DNA of 64,000 nucleotides from Alphaproteobacteria bacterium (GTDB lineage: Bacteria > Pseudomonadota > Alphaproteobacteria > JAAXGF01). A program made the position numbers and the translations under genes. Under the pieces are notes generated by a model. That model searched no databases and had not been told where the DNA came from. It was given only the letters and a program-made list of their open reading frames with translations. Location: contig CAUVXB020000001.1 of NCBI GenBank assembly GCA_963555825.3, positions 768,001 through 832,000 of the forward strand, written 5' to 3'. Shown piece after piece: positions 8,187-17,500 of the stretch (position 1 is the stretch's first letter; every line of letters starts with the position of its first letter).

Positions 8187-8825
8187 GTGAGCCGCGGCCG
8201 CTTCATCACTGTCGAGGGCGGCGAGGGTGTCGGCAAATCGACCCAGGTTGGCCGCCTTGTCGACGCGTTGCACGAGCGCGGCATCACCGCGCACCGCACG
8301 CGTGAGCCGGGCGGCAGCCCGGGCGCCGAGGACATCAGGCAGTTGCTGGTCACCGGCGAGACCGGGCGCTGGGACGCGATGACCGAGACCCTGCTGTTTT
8401 TCGCCGCGCGGCGCGACCATCTCGTCACGACGGTGTGGCCGGCGCTCGAACGCGGCGCGTGGGTCGTCTCGGATCGATTCGCCGATACGACCGTCGCCTA
8501 TCAGGGATATGCCCATGGCCTGGATCGCGAGACGATCGGCCAGCTCTACGCGCTCGTCGTCGGTGATTTCGCGCCCGACCTCACGATCATCCTCGATGCG
8601 CCCGTCGACCTCGGCCTCGCCCGGGCGGGCGGGCGCGGCGGCGACGATCGTTACGAGCGCATGGATCTTGCGTTCCACGAGCGCCTGCGGGCCGGCTTCC
8701 TCGAAATCGCCCGGGGCGAGCCCGATCGCTGCGTCGTGATCGACGCGAGCGCCGCCCCCGACGCGGTGCACCGGATCGTGCTCGCCGCCGTCGTGGATCG
8801 CTTCGGTGCCGACCAAGATGGCTGA
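8187..8825 (+). CDS. tmk: Thymidylate kinase
   Basis: FITVEGGEGVGKST, TREPGG, SDRF. Confidence 0.95.
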   Translation: MSRGRFITVEGGEGVGKSTQVGRLVDALHERGITAHRTREPGGSPGAEDIRQLLVTGETGRWDAMTETLLFFAARRDHLVTTVWPALERGAWVVSDRFADTTVAYQGYAHGLDRETIGQLYALVVGDFAPDLTIILDAPVDLGLARAGGRGGDDRYERMDLAFHERLRAGFLEIARGEPDRCVVIDASAAPDAVHRIVLAAVVDRFGADQDG

Positions 8826-9912
8826 CGCCGGCGACGACCGCGACGCGGCGCCACCGCCGCCCCGCAAGAACCCCGATTTGATCGGTCATGCGCGGGCCGA
8901 GGCAACTTTGCTCGATGACTACCGTTCCGGGCGTCTCGCGCATGCCTGGCTGATCACCGGACCGCCCGGCATCGGCAAGGCGACGTTCGCGTTTCGCTTC
9001 GCCCGCTTCCTGCTCGCCGGCGGTGGCGGCGAGGACCTGTTCGGCGACGCCCCGGCGGGTCTCGCGGTCGACCCCGCCGATCCGGTCTTTCGCCGCGTCG
9101 CCGCCGGCTCGCACGGCGATCTCCTGACCCTTCAGCCGGGCTACGACGATCGCCGCAAGGTTATGCGCGAGGGCATCGTCGTCGATGAGGTGCGCGCCGT
9201 CGGACCATTTCTGCGCATGACGCCGGCCGAGGGCGGCTGGCGCGTCGTCATCGTCGACAGCGCCGATGCGCTGAATGCGAACGCCGCCAATGCGTTGCTG
9301 AAGGCGATCGAGGAGCCGCCCGATCGCACTTTGGTGCTGCTGGTCAGTCATGCGCCGGGCCGCCTGCTGCCGACGATCCGCTCGCGCTGCGCACGGCTCG
9401 CGCTCAGGCCGCTGGATGACGATACCGTCGAAACCTTCCTGCGCGACCACCGGCCCGAGATTGACGCCGAAGAGGCCGCGGCGATCGCGCGTCTCGCCGC
9501 CGGCAGCCCCGGCCGCGCTCTCGGCCTCGCCGACATCGGCGGCCTCGCGCTCTACCGCGAGATGGTCGACTTGGTCGGCCAGGCGCCAAGCCTCGATCCG
9601 GAAGCACTGCACGGCTTCGCCGACCGCGTTGCGCGCGGCGACGGCGGCGCCTTCCACACGGTCATGGAACTATTGGGGCAGTGGCTCGTCGAGCTGGTGC
9701 GGACCGGCGCGGCGGCGGGTTCCGCGCGCCCCGTCATCGCCGGCGAGGATGCGGTGCGCGAACGCTTGCTCGCGGCGCGCGGCCTTGAAGAATGGACCGA
9801 GGTGTGGGAAAAGGTGACCGGCCTCGTCGCCAGCGCCGAACGGCTGTCGCTCGATCGGAAGCAGGTGGTGCTCGCGGCCTTCGCCGCGTTCGAGGCCGCG
9901 CCGCGCGCCTGA
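8818..9912 (+). CDS. holB: DNA polymerase III delta' subunit
   Basis: HAWLITGPPGIGKAT, NALLKAIEEPP, LLPTIRSRC; tmk-holB-metG synteny. Confidence 0.93.
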   Translation: MADAGDDRDAAPPPPRKNPDLIGHARAEATLLDDYRSGRLAHAWLITGPPGIGKATFAFRFARFLLAGGGGEDLFGDAPAGLAVDPADPVFRRVAAGSHGDLLTLQPGYDDRRKVMREGIVVDEVRAVGPFLRMTPAEGGWRVVIVDSADALNANAANALLKAIEEPPDRTLVLLVSHAPGRLLPTIRSRCARLALRPLDDDTVETFLRDHRPEIDAEEAAAIARLAAGSPGRALGLADIGGLALYREMVDLVGQAPSLDPEALHGFADRVARGDGGAFHTVMELLGQWLVELVRTGAAAGSARPVIAGEDAVRERLLAARGLEEWTEVWEKVTGLVASAERLSLDRKQVVLAAFAAFEAAPRA

Positions 9913-9953
9913 ATCCCTTTTTGCAACATTTGACGAGCGTAAGCGTGCCCGAC

Positions 9954-11498
9954 ATGACCGAGGCCAAGACCTACTACGTCACGACGCCAATCTACTACGC
10001 CAACGACGTGCCGCATATCGGCCACGTCTACACGATGGTTGCATGCGACGCGCTGGCGCGGTTCATGCGGCTCGACGGCCGCGACGTCATGTTCCTGACC
10101 GGCACCGACGAGCACGGCCAGAAGGTCGAGAAGGCGGCGATCGCGGCGGGCGAGGACACGCAGGCCTTCGTCGACCGGGTCTCGCAGCGCTTCCGCGACT
10201 TGCGCGGGCCGATGGCCCTGACCAACGACGACTTCATCCGCACCACGGAGGACCGCCACACTGCCTCGGTACAGCAGCTCTGGCGCGAGTTGGTCAAGCG
10301 CGACGAAATCTACCTCGGCACCTATGCCGGATGGTATTCGGTGCGCGACGAGGCGTTTTACGCGGAGCAGGAATTGGTCGACGGCATCGCGCCGACCGGC
10401 GCGCCCGTTGAATGGGTCGAGGAGCCGAGCTACTTCTTCCGCCTCTCGGCTTGGCAGGATCGGCTGCTCGCGTTCTACGAAGCGAACCCGGATTTCATCC
10501 TGCCCGAGACGCGGCGCAACGAGGTTGTCAGCTTCGTCAAGGGCGGGCTGCTCGACCTCTCTGTCTCGCGCACCAGCTTCAAGTGGGGCGTGCCGGTGCC
10601 CGACGATCCCGGTCACGTGATGTACGTCTGGATCGACGCGCTGACCAACTACTTAACGGCGGTCGGCTATCCGGACGACGGGTGCGACCAATTCCGACGC
10701 TTCTGGCCGGCCGATCTGCACATGGTCGGCAAGGACATCCTGCGCTTCCACGCGGTCTATTGGCCGGCCTTCCTGATGGCCGCCGGGATCGCGCCGCCCA
10801 GGCGCGTCTACGCCCACGGCTGGTGGACCAACGATGGCCAGAAGATGTCGAAGTCGCTCGGCAACGCCATCGACCACCTGGCGCTGGTCGACAAGTACGG
10901 CCTCGACCAGGTGCGCTATTTCGTGCTGCGCGAGGTGCCGTTCGGCAACGACTTCGACTTCTCGCATCAGTCCATGGTCGGGCGCATCAACGGCGACCTG
11001 GCCAACGACTTCGGCAACCTGGCGCATCGCGTGCTGTCGATGATCGCCAAGAACTGCGGCGGCCAGGTGCCCACGCCGGGCGCGCTCACGGCTGGCGACC
11101 AGGCGTTGCTGGACGCCGCGGGCGGGCTGCTCGATACCATGCGCGAGCACCTGCTGGTCCAGGAGTTCCACGCCGCCTTGGCCGCCCAATGGCGCGTCAT
11201 CGCCGAGGCCAACCGCTACGTCGACGCCCAGGCGCCCTGGGCGCTGCGCAAGTCGGACCCGGCGCGCATGGCGACCGTGCTCTATGTGCTCGCCGAGACC
11301 ATCCGCCGCCTCGCCATCCTGGCCCAGTCGGTCACGCCGGGCGCGGCGGCGCGCATGCTCGACCAGATCGCCGTTGCCGAGGACGCGCGCGATTTCGCCC
11401 ACCTCGGCCCCGACCACGCACTCGTGCCGGGCACCGCGCTGCCCAAGCCCGAAGGCGTCTTCCCGCGCTACGTCGACGAGGAAGAGAAGGCGTCGTGA
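9954..11498 (+). CDS. metG: Methionine--tRNA ligase
   Basis: YYVTTPIYY, HIGH, GTDEHG, KMSKS. Confidence 0.97.
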   Translation: MTEAKTYYVTTPIYYANDVPHIGHVYTMVACDALARFMRLDGRDVMFLTGTDEHGQKVEKAAIAAGEDTQAFVDRVSQRFRDLRGPMALTNDDFIRTTEDRHTASVQQLWRELVKRDEIYLGTYAGWYSVRDEAFYAEQELVDGIAPTGAPVEWVEEPSYFFRLSAWQDRLLAFYEANPDFILPETRRNEVVSFVKGGLLDLSVSRTSFKWGVPVPDDPGHVMYVWIDALTNYLTAVGYPDDGCDQFRRFWPADLHMVGKDILRFHAVYWPAFLMAAGIAPPRRVYAHGWWTNDGQKMSKSLGNAIDHLALVDKYGLDQVRYFVLREVPFGNDFDFSHQSMVGRINGDLANDFGNLAHRVLSMIAKNCGGQVPTPGALTAGDQALLDAAGGLLDTMREHLLVQEFHAALAAQWRVIAEANRYVDAQAPWALRKSDPARMATVLYVLAETIRRLAILAQSVTPGAAARMLDQIAVAEDARDFAHLGPDHALVPGTALPKPEGVFPRYVDEEEKAS

Positions 11499-12292
11499 CG
11501 CTCGTCGACAGCCACTGTCATCTCGACTTTCCCGATTTCGCCGACGAGCTCGACGACATCGTCGGCCGCGCGCATCAGGCGGGCGTTACCGTCATGCAGA
11601 CGATCTGCACGCGGATCACGAAGTTCGACGAGGTGCTCGCGTTGGCGCGGCGTTTCGACGATATCTACTGCTCGGTTGGCATCCACCCGCACAACGTCGC
11701 CGACGAGCCGGCGATCGAGGCCGCCGACCTGGTCGCGCGCTCGGTCGACGACAAGGTCATCGGCATCGGCGAGACCGGGCTGGACTACCACTACGACAAC
11801 AGCCCGCGCGACGCGCAGCGCGCATGCTTCCGCACGCACATCGAGGCGGCGCGCGAGACCGGCCTGCCGGTCATCGTCCACACGCGCAACGCCGACCGGG
11901 ACACGGCCGACATCCTGGCCGACGAGATGGGGCAGGGGGCCTTCAGCGGGCTGATCCACTGCTTCTCCACGGGCCGCGAACTTGCCGAGAGTGCGCTCGA
12001 GCTGGGCCTCTACATTTCGATTTCGGGCATCGCGACCTTCAACAACGCCGAGGAGTTGCGCGACATCGTGCGCGACGTGCCGCTCGAACGCCTGCTGGTC
12101 GAGACCGACGCGCCCTATCTCGCACCCGTGCCCAAGCGCGGCAAGCGCAACGAGCCCGCCTTCGTCGTGCACACCGCCGAGCGCGTCGCCGAGGTCAAAG
12201 GCATCAGCGCGGAAGCGCTCGCCGTCGCGACGACGGCGAATTTCTTCGCGTTGTTCACCAAGGCCCGGTCCAAAGCCGCACCATGCGGGTGA
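11495..12292 (+). CDS. tatD: TatD family hydrolase
   Basis: DSHCHLD, GIHPH, GETGLDY, ETDAPYL. Confidence 0.95.
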   Translation: MTLVDSHCHLDFPDFADELDDIVGRAHQAGVTVMQTICTRITKFDEVLALARRFDDIYCSVGIHPHNVADEPAIEAADLVARSVDDKVIGIGETGLDYHYDNSPRDAQRACFRTHIEAARETGLPVIVHTRNADRDTADILADEMGQGAFSGLIHCFSTGRELAESALELGLYISISGIATFNNAEELRDIVRDVPLERLLVETDAPYLAPVPKRGKRNEPAFVVHTAERVAEVKGISAEALAVATTANFFALFTKARSKAAPCG

Positions 12293-13049
12293 CTGTATTG
12301 GGCAGCGGGCCGTTGGGCGGCGTGCCGTTGCCTGGCTGCGGCTGCCCGGTGTGCCGCTCGCCGAACCCGCGCAACCGGCGCCGGCGGGTGTCGATTCTGG
12401 TGGAGGAGGGGGAAACCCGCCTGCTCGTCGACGCCTCGCCCGACCTGCGCGCCCAACTGCTCGATCTCGACGACGTGCGTCTCGACGCGGTCATCTTCAC
12501 CCATGCTCACGCCGACCACTGCCATGGCATCGACGATCTGCGTTCCGTGAACCACCGCAACGACGCGCCGCTCGACGCCTTCGCCATGCCGGCGACCCTG
12601 CAGGCGCTGGACGCGCGCTTCGGTTACGTCTTCGAGCCCGTCCGGCCCGGCTTCGGCTGGTACAAGCCGCAACTCATTCCGCGCGCGGTCGATGGCCCGT
12701 TCCGGATCGGCGACATCGACGTGACACCGTTCGAGCAGGGCCATGGCCGCGGCACGACGCTCGGTTTGCGATTCGGGCCGATCGCCTATTCGACCGACGT
12801 CAACGCGCTGTCCGACGCGGCCTTCGACACGCTCGCCGGCATCGACGCCTGGCTCGTCGACTGCCTGCGGCCGGCACCGAACCCGATGCACTCTCATCTC
12901 CCACAGACGCTCGAGTGGATCGCGCGCGTCGCGCCCGAGCGCGCGTATCTCACGCATATGAACCACGAGCTCGATTACACGACGTGCTGTCGGAAACGCT
13001 GCCACCCGGCGTCGCACCGGCGTATGATGGATTGGTGATTGAAGTTTGA
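12283..13049 (+). CDS. phnP: MBL-fold phosphodiesterase (PhnP-like), apparent frameshift near 12978
   Basis: THAHADHCHG, YSTD, THMNH; the expected tail LPPGVAPAYDGL is in another frame ending at 13049. Confidence 0.85.
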
Positions 13050-13232
13050 TCGGAACTTTCCGGTCCAACTGTATGAAAAAAGCCACATCTGGAAGCTAAT
13101 GTGATGCTTCAAGTGAAGCCTTCGGACGGCAACTGCCAGCCGTGGCGATTCCAGATGATGCGGTCTTGTCGATGCCCAATGCAATCAGGCATGATCCAGT
13201 CAGTCTAATCCCTGATGCGAGGGTGCGTGACA

Positions 13233-13712
13233 ATGGCCGTCGAGCCGAGAACCATCGACACCTACATCAACGACGCCAAGCGCGCTCTCGGTCTCAAATC
13301 CGATCGCGAGCTGGACCGCTGGCTTGGCTTCAAAGGCCCGGCGGTGTCCGCATGGCGCACGCGGCGCGCCTGGCCGGCCGACGACACGATGATCCGGGTC
13401 GCTGAGGCGGGCGGCAACGACCCGCGTCTGGCGGTCTGCTATCTGCACCAATGGTCGGCCGCGACGCCCAAAGTCCGTGCGGTCTACCGAGCCATCGCCG
13501 ATGCCGTCGCCAAGACGGCCGCTGCGCTCGCCATGCTCGGTGCCGCAACCGCCACGACTCCCGCGAACGCCACCAGAACAATTCAACACGCCTACGTAAC
13601 CGTATCAGCGTCGTCTGTTACTGCTTTGAAAATACACTTTAATTTGCAGCGTGTGGGGGTGTCTGCGATTGGCGCCGGGCGTTGTGTTGGTCAGAGACGG
13701 CAATTCTCATAG
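13233..13712 (+). CDS. Phage-type HTH repressor, filamentous-phage/DUF3693-like
   Basis: DAKRALGLKSDRELDRWLG...AVSAWRxRRAWPADDxMIRVAE...DP... then an Ala-rich tail; ends 5 nt before dif. Confidence 0.7.
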   Translation: MAVEPRTIDTYINDAKRALGLKSDRELDRWLGFKGPAVSAWRTRRAWPADDTMIRVAEAGGNDPRLAVCYLHQWSAATPKVRAVYRAIADAVAKTAAALAMLGAATATTPANATRTIQHAYVTVSASSVTALKIHFNLQRVGVSAIGAGRCVGQRRQFS

Positions 13713-13717
13713 TGGTT

Positions 13718-13745
13718 ATTATTCATAATATATCTTATGCGCTTA
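13718..13745 (-). other. XerCD dif-like recombination site (likely chromosomal dif)
   Basis: TAAGCGCATAA GATATA TTATGAATAAT, 20/28 identical to E. coli dif; AT-rich patch; gene-strand switch and KOPS polarity. Confidence 0.85.
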
Positions 13746-13934
13746 ATGGATAGGTCATATGAGCTAAAGAATGAGAGCTTTATTGGCCCGCTTTCGTCTG
13801 TCTCCCCCCTCTTCTTAACAATGTACTTTATGTCATACACGGTGAGAACGAATGGCGTATTCCCGTTTGGGGCGCCGGGAATTGTATAATTCCAGCGCGT
13901 TCCGCGCCAACACTTGAACCCAGTGAGACCACCC

Positions 13935-14735
13935 ATGAGCCCGATCAAGCGACTCCTCGACGTCATGGCCAAGCTGCGCGACCCGGACGGGGGCTGCCCG
14001 TGGGATTTGGCGCAGAATTTTTCCACCATCGTTCCCTATACCATCGAGGAAGCCTACGAGGTCGCCGAGGCGATCGACGCCGAGGATTGGGCCGCGCTGC
14101 GCGACGAATTGGGCGATCTCCTGTTCCAGGTCGTGTTCTACGCGCGCATGGCCGAGGAAGCCGGGCTGTTCGACTTCGATGACGTCGCGGCCGGCGCCGC
14201 CGAGAAGATGGTCCGGCGCCATCCCCACGTTTTCGGCGATGTCACGGTCGAGGGCGCCGCGGGACAGACCCGGGCATGGGAGGCGCACAAGGCGGCCGAG
14301 CGGGCGGCGAGGGCGGCCAGGGACGGCCGCCTGCCCAGCGTCCTCGACGGTGTCGCCGACCGCCTGCCCGCCAGCGCGCGCGCGACCAAGCTGCAGGCGC
14401 GCGCGGCGCGGGTCGGCTTCGACTGGCCCGATATCGCGCCGGTCTTCGACAAGATCGACGAGGAAATCGATGAGATCCGCGCCGCGTTGGTCGACGGCGC
14501 GCCGGCCGAAAGGCTGACCGACGAGATCGGCGACCTGATGTTTGCCTGTATCAACCTCGCCCGCCATGCGGACGTCGACGTCGAGACGGCGTTACGCGGC
14601 GTCAACGCCAAGTTCGAGCGCCGTTTCCGGCGCATCGAGGCGCTGCTCGCAGCCGAAGACCGCACGCCCGACGGCGCGACGCTCGAGGAGATGGACCGGC
14701 TCTGGAATCAGGCAAAATCGGAGGAAGCCAGCTAA
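13935..14735 (+). CDS. mazG: Nucleoside triphosphate pyrophosphohydrolase MazG
   Basis: GCPWD, EEAYEV, ELGDLL, RRHPHVF, GFDW, EIGDLMF. Confidence 0.95.
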   Translation: MSPIKRLLDVMAKLRDPDGGCPWDLAQNFSTIVPYTIEEAYEVAEAIDAEDWAALRDELGDLLFQVVFYARMAEEAGLFDFDDVAAGAAEKMVRRHPHVFGDVTVEGAAGQTRAWEAHKAAERAARAARDGRLPSVLDGVADRLPASARATKLQARAARVGFDWPDIAPVFDKIDEEIDEIRAALVDGAPAERLTDEIGDLMFACINLARHADVDVETALRGVNAKFERRFRRIEALLAAEDRTPDGATLEEMDRLWNQAKSEEAS

Positions 14736-14757
14736 ACCGTGCGTCACCCGGCCGATT

Positions 14758-14961
14758 TCAGTGCGATCCGAAGTCGGAGATCGTGCGATCGAGCAACGGG
14801 TAATGGGAATGGCCCCGGTGATATTCGTCATCCTCGAGCGTATAGTTTTCGACGTGCACGTCGTCGTGTCCGTCCTCGCCCGTCGGACAGCCCCCGAGGG
14901 CGACCGCGACGGGGACCAGGGCAGCCATTGCGATGATATGCGGCCGGCTTTCATGTTTCAC
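14758..14961 (-). CDS. Small His/Asp-rich putative lipoprotein
   Basis: GTG start, hydrophobic signal, LGGC lipobox; 43-aa mature part with 6 His and 11 acidic residues. Confidence 0.5.
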   Translation of the reverse strand: MKHESRPHIIAMAALVPVAVALGGCPTGEDGHDDVHVENYTLEDDEYHRGHSHYPLLDRTISDFGSH

Positions 14962-15032
14962 CTCGCCTGTCAGTGTCTCCCTACCATATATGCTAGCATC
15001 GTGGTCGCGCGGCAAGCACGGGGGCAAGCGAG

Positions 15033-15680
15033 ATGGCGGCGGGACGCGAATGGCACGAAGGCATCGTCAATCTGTGGCCGACCGTGATTTTCCAGCGAAA
15101 GCTTGGCGACGCGGACGGGCCGAACCGTGATTTGCTCAGGTTGATCAACGCGTTGGACCGCGAACATCAAGACCTCACGACCGATTATCTGGCGTCCGAC
15201 CTGTTCAACAAGGACGATCCGGCCGTCAATTGGCTGCGCAGCCAGGTCAACCAGACCGTGATCGGCTATCTACGCCAAATCGGTATCGATTATGAAGTGA
15301 ATTGGACTGTCCAAGGGTGGCCCAATGTCAACCGCCTCGGCGACTATCACGATTATCACAACCACCCGCGCGCCTATCTCAGCGGCACCTATTACGTCAA
15401 AATGCCGAAATCTCGCGAAAAACTCAAGAACCGTAACGACTTACGGCCCGGCTGCATCACGCTGTACGACCCCCGTCCGGGCGTCAACATGAACGCGATC
15501 AAGGGCGATCCCTACGTCGATCCCGAATATACGGTTCTGCCCGAGCCCGGCATGCTCTTGATGTGGCCCGCCTTCATCAACCACTTCGCCCACCCCAACC
15601 TGTCGAAGGAGACACGCGTCAGCGTCAGCTTCAACATCGTACTGAAATGGGCCGATCACTACTTGCCCGAACAGGGCTAA
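15033..15680 (+). CDS. Putative 2OG-Fe(II) oxygenase (TIGR02466-like)
   Basis: WxNV, HxH (HNHP), LSGTYYV, DPRP, MWPAFxxH, RVSVSFN. Confidence 0.85.
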   Translation: MAAGREWHEGIVNLWPTVIFQRKLGDADGPNRDLLRLINALDREHQDLTTDYLASDLFNKDDPAVNWLRSQVNQTVIGYLRQIGIDYEVNWTVQGWPNVNRLGDYHDYHNHPRAYLSGTYYVKMPKSREKLKNRNDLRPGCITLYDPRPGVNMNAIKGDPYVDPEYTVLPEPGMLLMWPAFINHFAHPNLSKETRVSVSFNIVLKWADHYLPEQG

Positions 15681-16456
15681 ACACGGTTTGGTTCAAGGAT
15701 CGGCGCGCATGAAGGGGCTGTAGCCTGCCCTGCCCGGTTTGTGAGACGCCCCGTCTCATCCCAGTCCTCCCAACCGTTGAAGCGCATGGGCTCGGTCGCG
15801 TCGAGCGTTTCGAGGCGTCGCGCCAGCGCGGCCTTATAGCCCTGGAGGCGGTCAGGCATTTCGCCCGGGTCGGAATACTGGATGCCGCCCTCGACGCCGA
15901 AGGCGACGAAGGGCGGCAGGACGTCATAGCCCATGTAGTGAAGCGTGAAGTTGGTCGGCCACAGCAGCAGATCGATGTCGGCGTTGCGGCCGTTGTGGGC
16001 GAAGGTCGCCGCGGTGCCGCCCGTGGTCACCGAATGCATGGCGCGCCGGCCGGCGAAATAGCCCGCGTCATAGCGCATCTTGCTGGTGTAGAGGCCGCCG
16101 TAGACCAGCACCCGGTCGAGCCATCCCTTGAGTATCGCGGGCGTGCCGTACCACCACATGGGATACTGGAAGATCAACAGATCGGCGCGTTCGAGCTTAT
16201 CGATCTCGGCCGCGACGTCGGGGCTGAGCGTGCCCGTCTCCCAGGCGTGCCGTTGCTCGGTCTGTGCGGTGAAGCAGTCGGGGTCGCGTCGCACGGGATA
16301 GCGCCCGGGTCCTTCGACCGGATCGAACGCCATGGCGTAGAGATCCGAGACCTCGACACCGTGGCCGAGTCCGGTCAGCGTGGTGACCGCGACATCCTTC
16401 ATCCCGCCGTTGAACGACGCCGGCTCCGGGTGGGCGAGGACGATCAACGCGCGCAT
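15677..16456 (-). CDS. NAD(P)H-dependent quinone oxidoreductase (flavodoxin-like fold)
   Basis: AHPEPASFN, SDLY, QYPMWWYGTPAILKGWLDRV. Confidence 0.9.
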   Translation of the reverse strand: MRALIVLAHPEPASFNGGMKDVAVTTLTGLGHGVEVSDLYAMAFDPVEGPGRYPVRRDPDCFTAQTEQRHAWETGTLSPDVAAEIDKLERADLLIFQYPMWWYGTPAILKGWLDRVLVYGGLYTSKMRYDAGYFAGRRAMHSVTTGGTAATFAHNGRNADIDLLLWPTNFTLHYMGYDVLPPFVAFGVEGGIQYSDPGEMPDRLQGYKAALARRLETLDATEPMRFNGWEDWDETGRLTNRAGQATAPSCAPILEPNRV

Positions 16457-16479
16457 GGTCGGGCCCCCCGCCCTTCGGG

Positions 16480-17352
16480 TTATGACTCTTCTCGTAGGAG
16501 CCGGATCAACGCGGTGTTGTCTAAGCGCCCCTCGCCGCGTGCCTTAAGCCGGGCAAACTGCTGGTCGATCAGAGCGGTCATCGGCAACAGCGCGCCGTTT
16601 TTGCGCGCTTCGGTCAGGCAGAAACCGACGTCCTTGTGCATCCAATCGGCGGCGAAGCCGAAGTCGAATTTGCCTTCGAGCATGGTGCCCGCCCGGTTGT
16701 CCATCTGCCACGACTGCGCCGCGCCCTTCGAGATGACATCGACCACGCGCCCGGCGTCGAGCCCGGCGCGCTGGGCGAAATTGAGCGCCTCGGCGAGTCC
16801 CTGGACGACACCGATACAGCAAATTTGGTTGACCATCTTGGTGAGCTGGCCGTTGCCGACCGGGCCCATGTGGGTGACCGCGCGGGCATAGCTCTCGATC
16901 ACCGGTTCGGCCCGCTTGAAGGCCTTCTCGTCGCCGCCGACCATGACCGTCAAGACGCCGTTCTTGGCGCCGTCCTGGCCACCCGATACCGGTGCGTCGA
17001 GGAATTCGAAACCGTGCTTGTGCGCTTCGGCCGCGACCTCGCGCGCGGCCTCGGCCGATGCCGTCGTATGATCGACGAAGATGCTGCCCCGCTCCATGCC
17101 CGTGAACGCGCCCTCAGGGCCATAGACGATCTGGCGCAGATCGTCGTCGCCGCCGACGCAGGCGAAGACGATTTCGGCGCCGAAGGCGGCGCCCTTCGGC
17201 GTCTCGGCCGTGTGGCCGGTATTGACCAGATTCCAGGCGTCGACCCTGGCGCGGGTGCGGTTGTAGACCGTGACATCGTGGCCCGCCTTGGCGAGATGCC
17301 CGGCCATGGGAAAGCCCATGTTGCCCAGCCCGATAAACGCGACTTTCTTCAT
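16480..17352 (-). CDS. Beta-hydroxyacid dehydrogenase (3-hydroxyisobutyrate/tartronate semialdehyde reductase family)
   Basis: GLGNMG, DAPVSGG, KMVNQ. Confidence 0.9.
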   Translation of the reverse strand: MKKVAFIGLGNMGFPMAGHLAKAGHDVTVYNRTRARVDAWNLVNTGHTAETPKGAAFGAEIVFACVGGDDDLRQIVYGPEGAFTGMERGSIFVDHTTASAEAAREVAAEAHKHGFEFLDAPVSGGQDGAKNGVLTVMVGGDEKAFKRAEPVIESYARAVTHMGPVGNGQLTKMVNQICCIGVVQGLAEALNFAQRAGLDAGRVVDVISKGAAQSWQMDNRAGTMLEGKFDFGFAADWMHKDVGFCLTEARKNGALLPMTALIDQQFARLKARGEGRLDNTALIRLLREES

Positions 17353-17500
17353 CTTGTACCGCCCTTCTGAAGCAAATTCCCCGCGCCGTCCTTCCCCGAT
17401 GGCGCGACGCCGGGTCGCGCGATCATATCCAACGGCCAGGCGACGGGCAACGCCCTCGCCGCGCCTCGGCCGCTGCGCAGTAAGGCGGTGTCGCCGTGGG

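Noticed and set aside
13811-13838. Second weak dif-like sequence (TGTACT-TTATGTCATAC)
   Set aside because: The XerC arm lacks CATAA; too degenerate to call.
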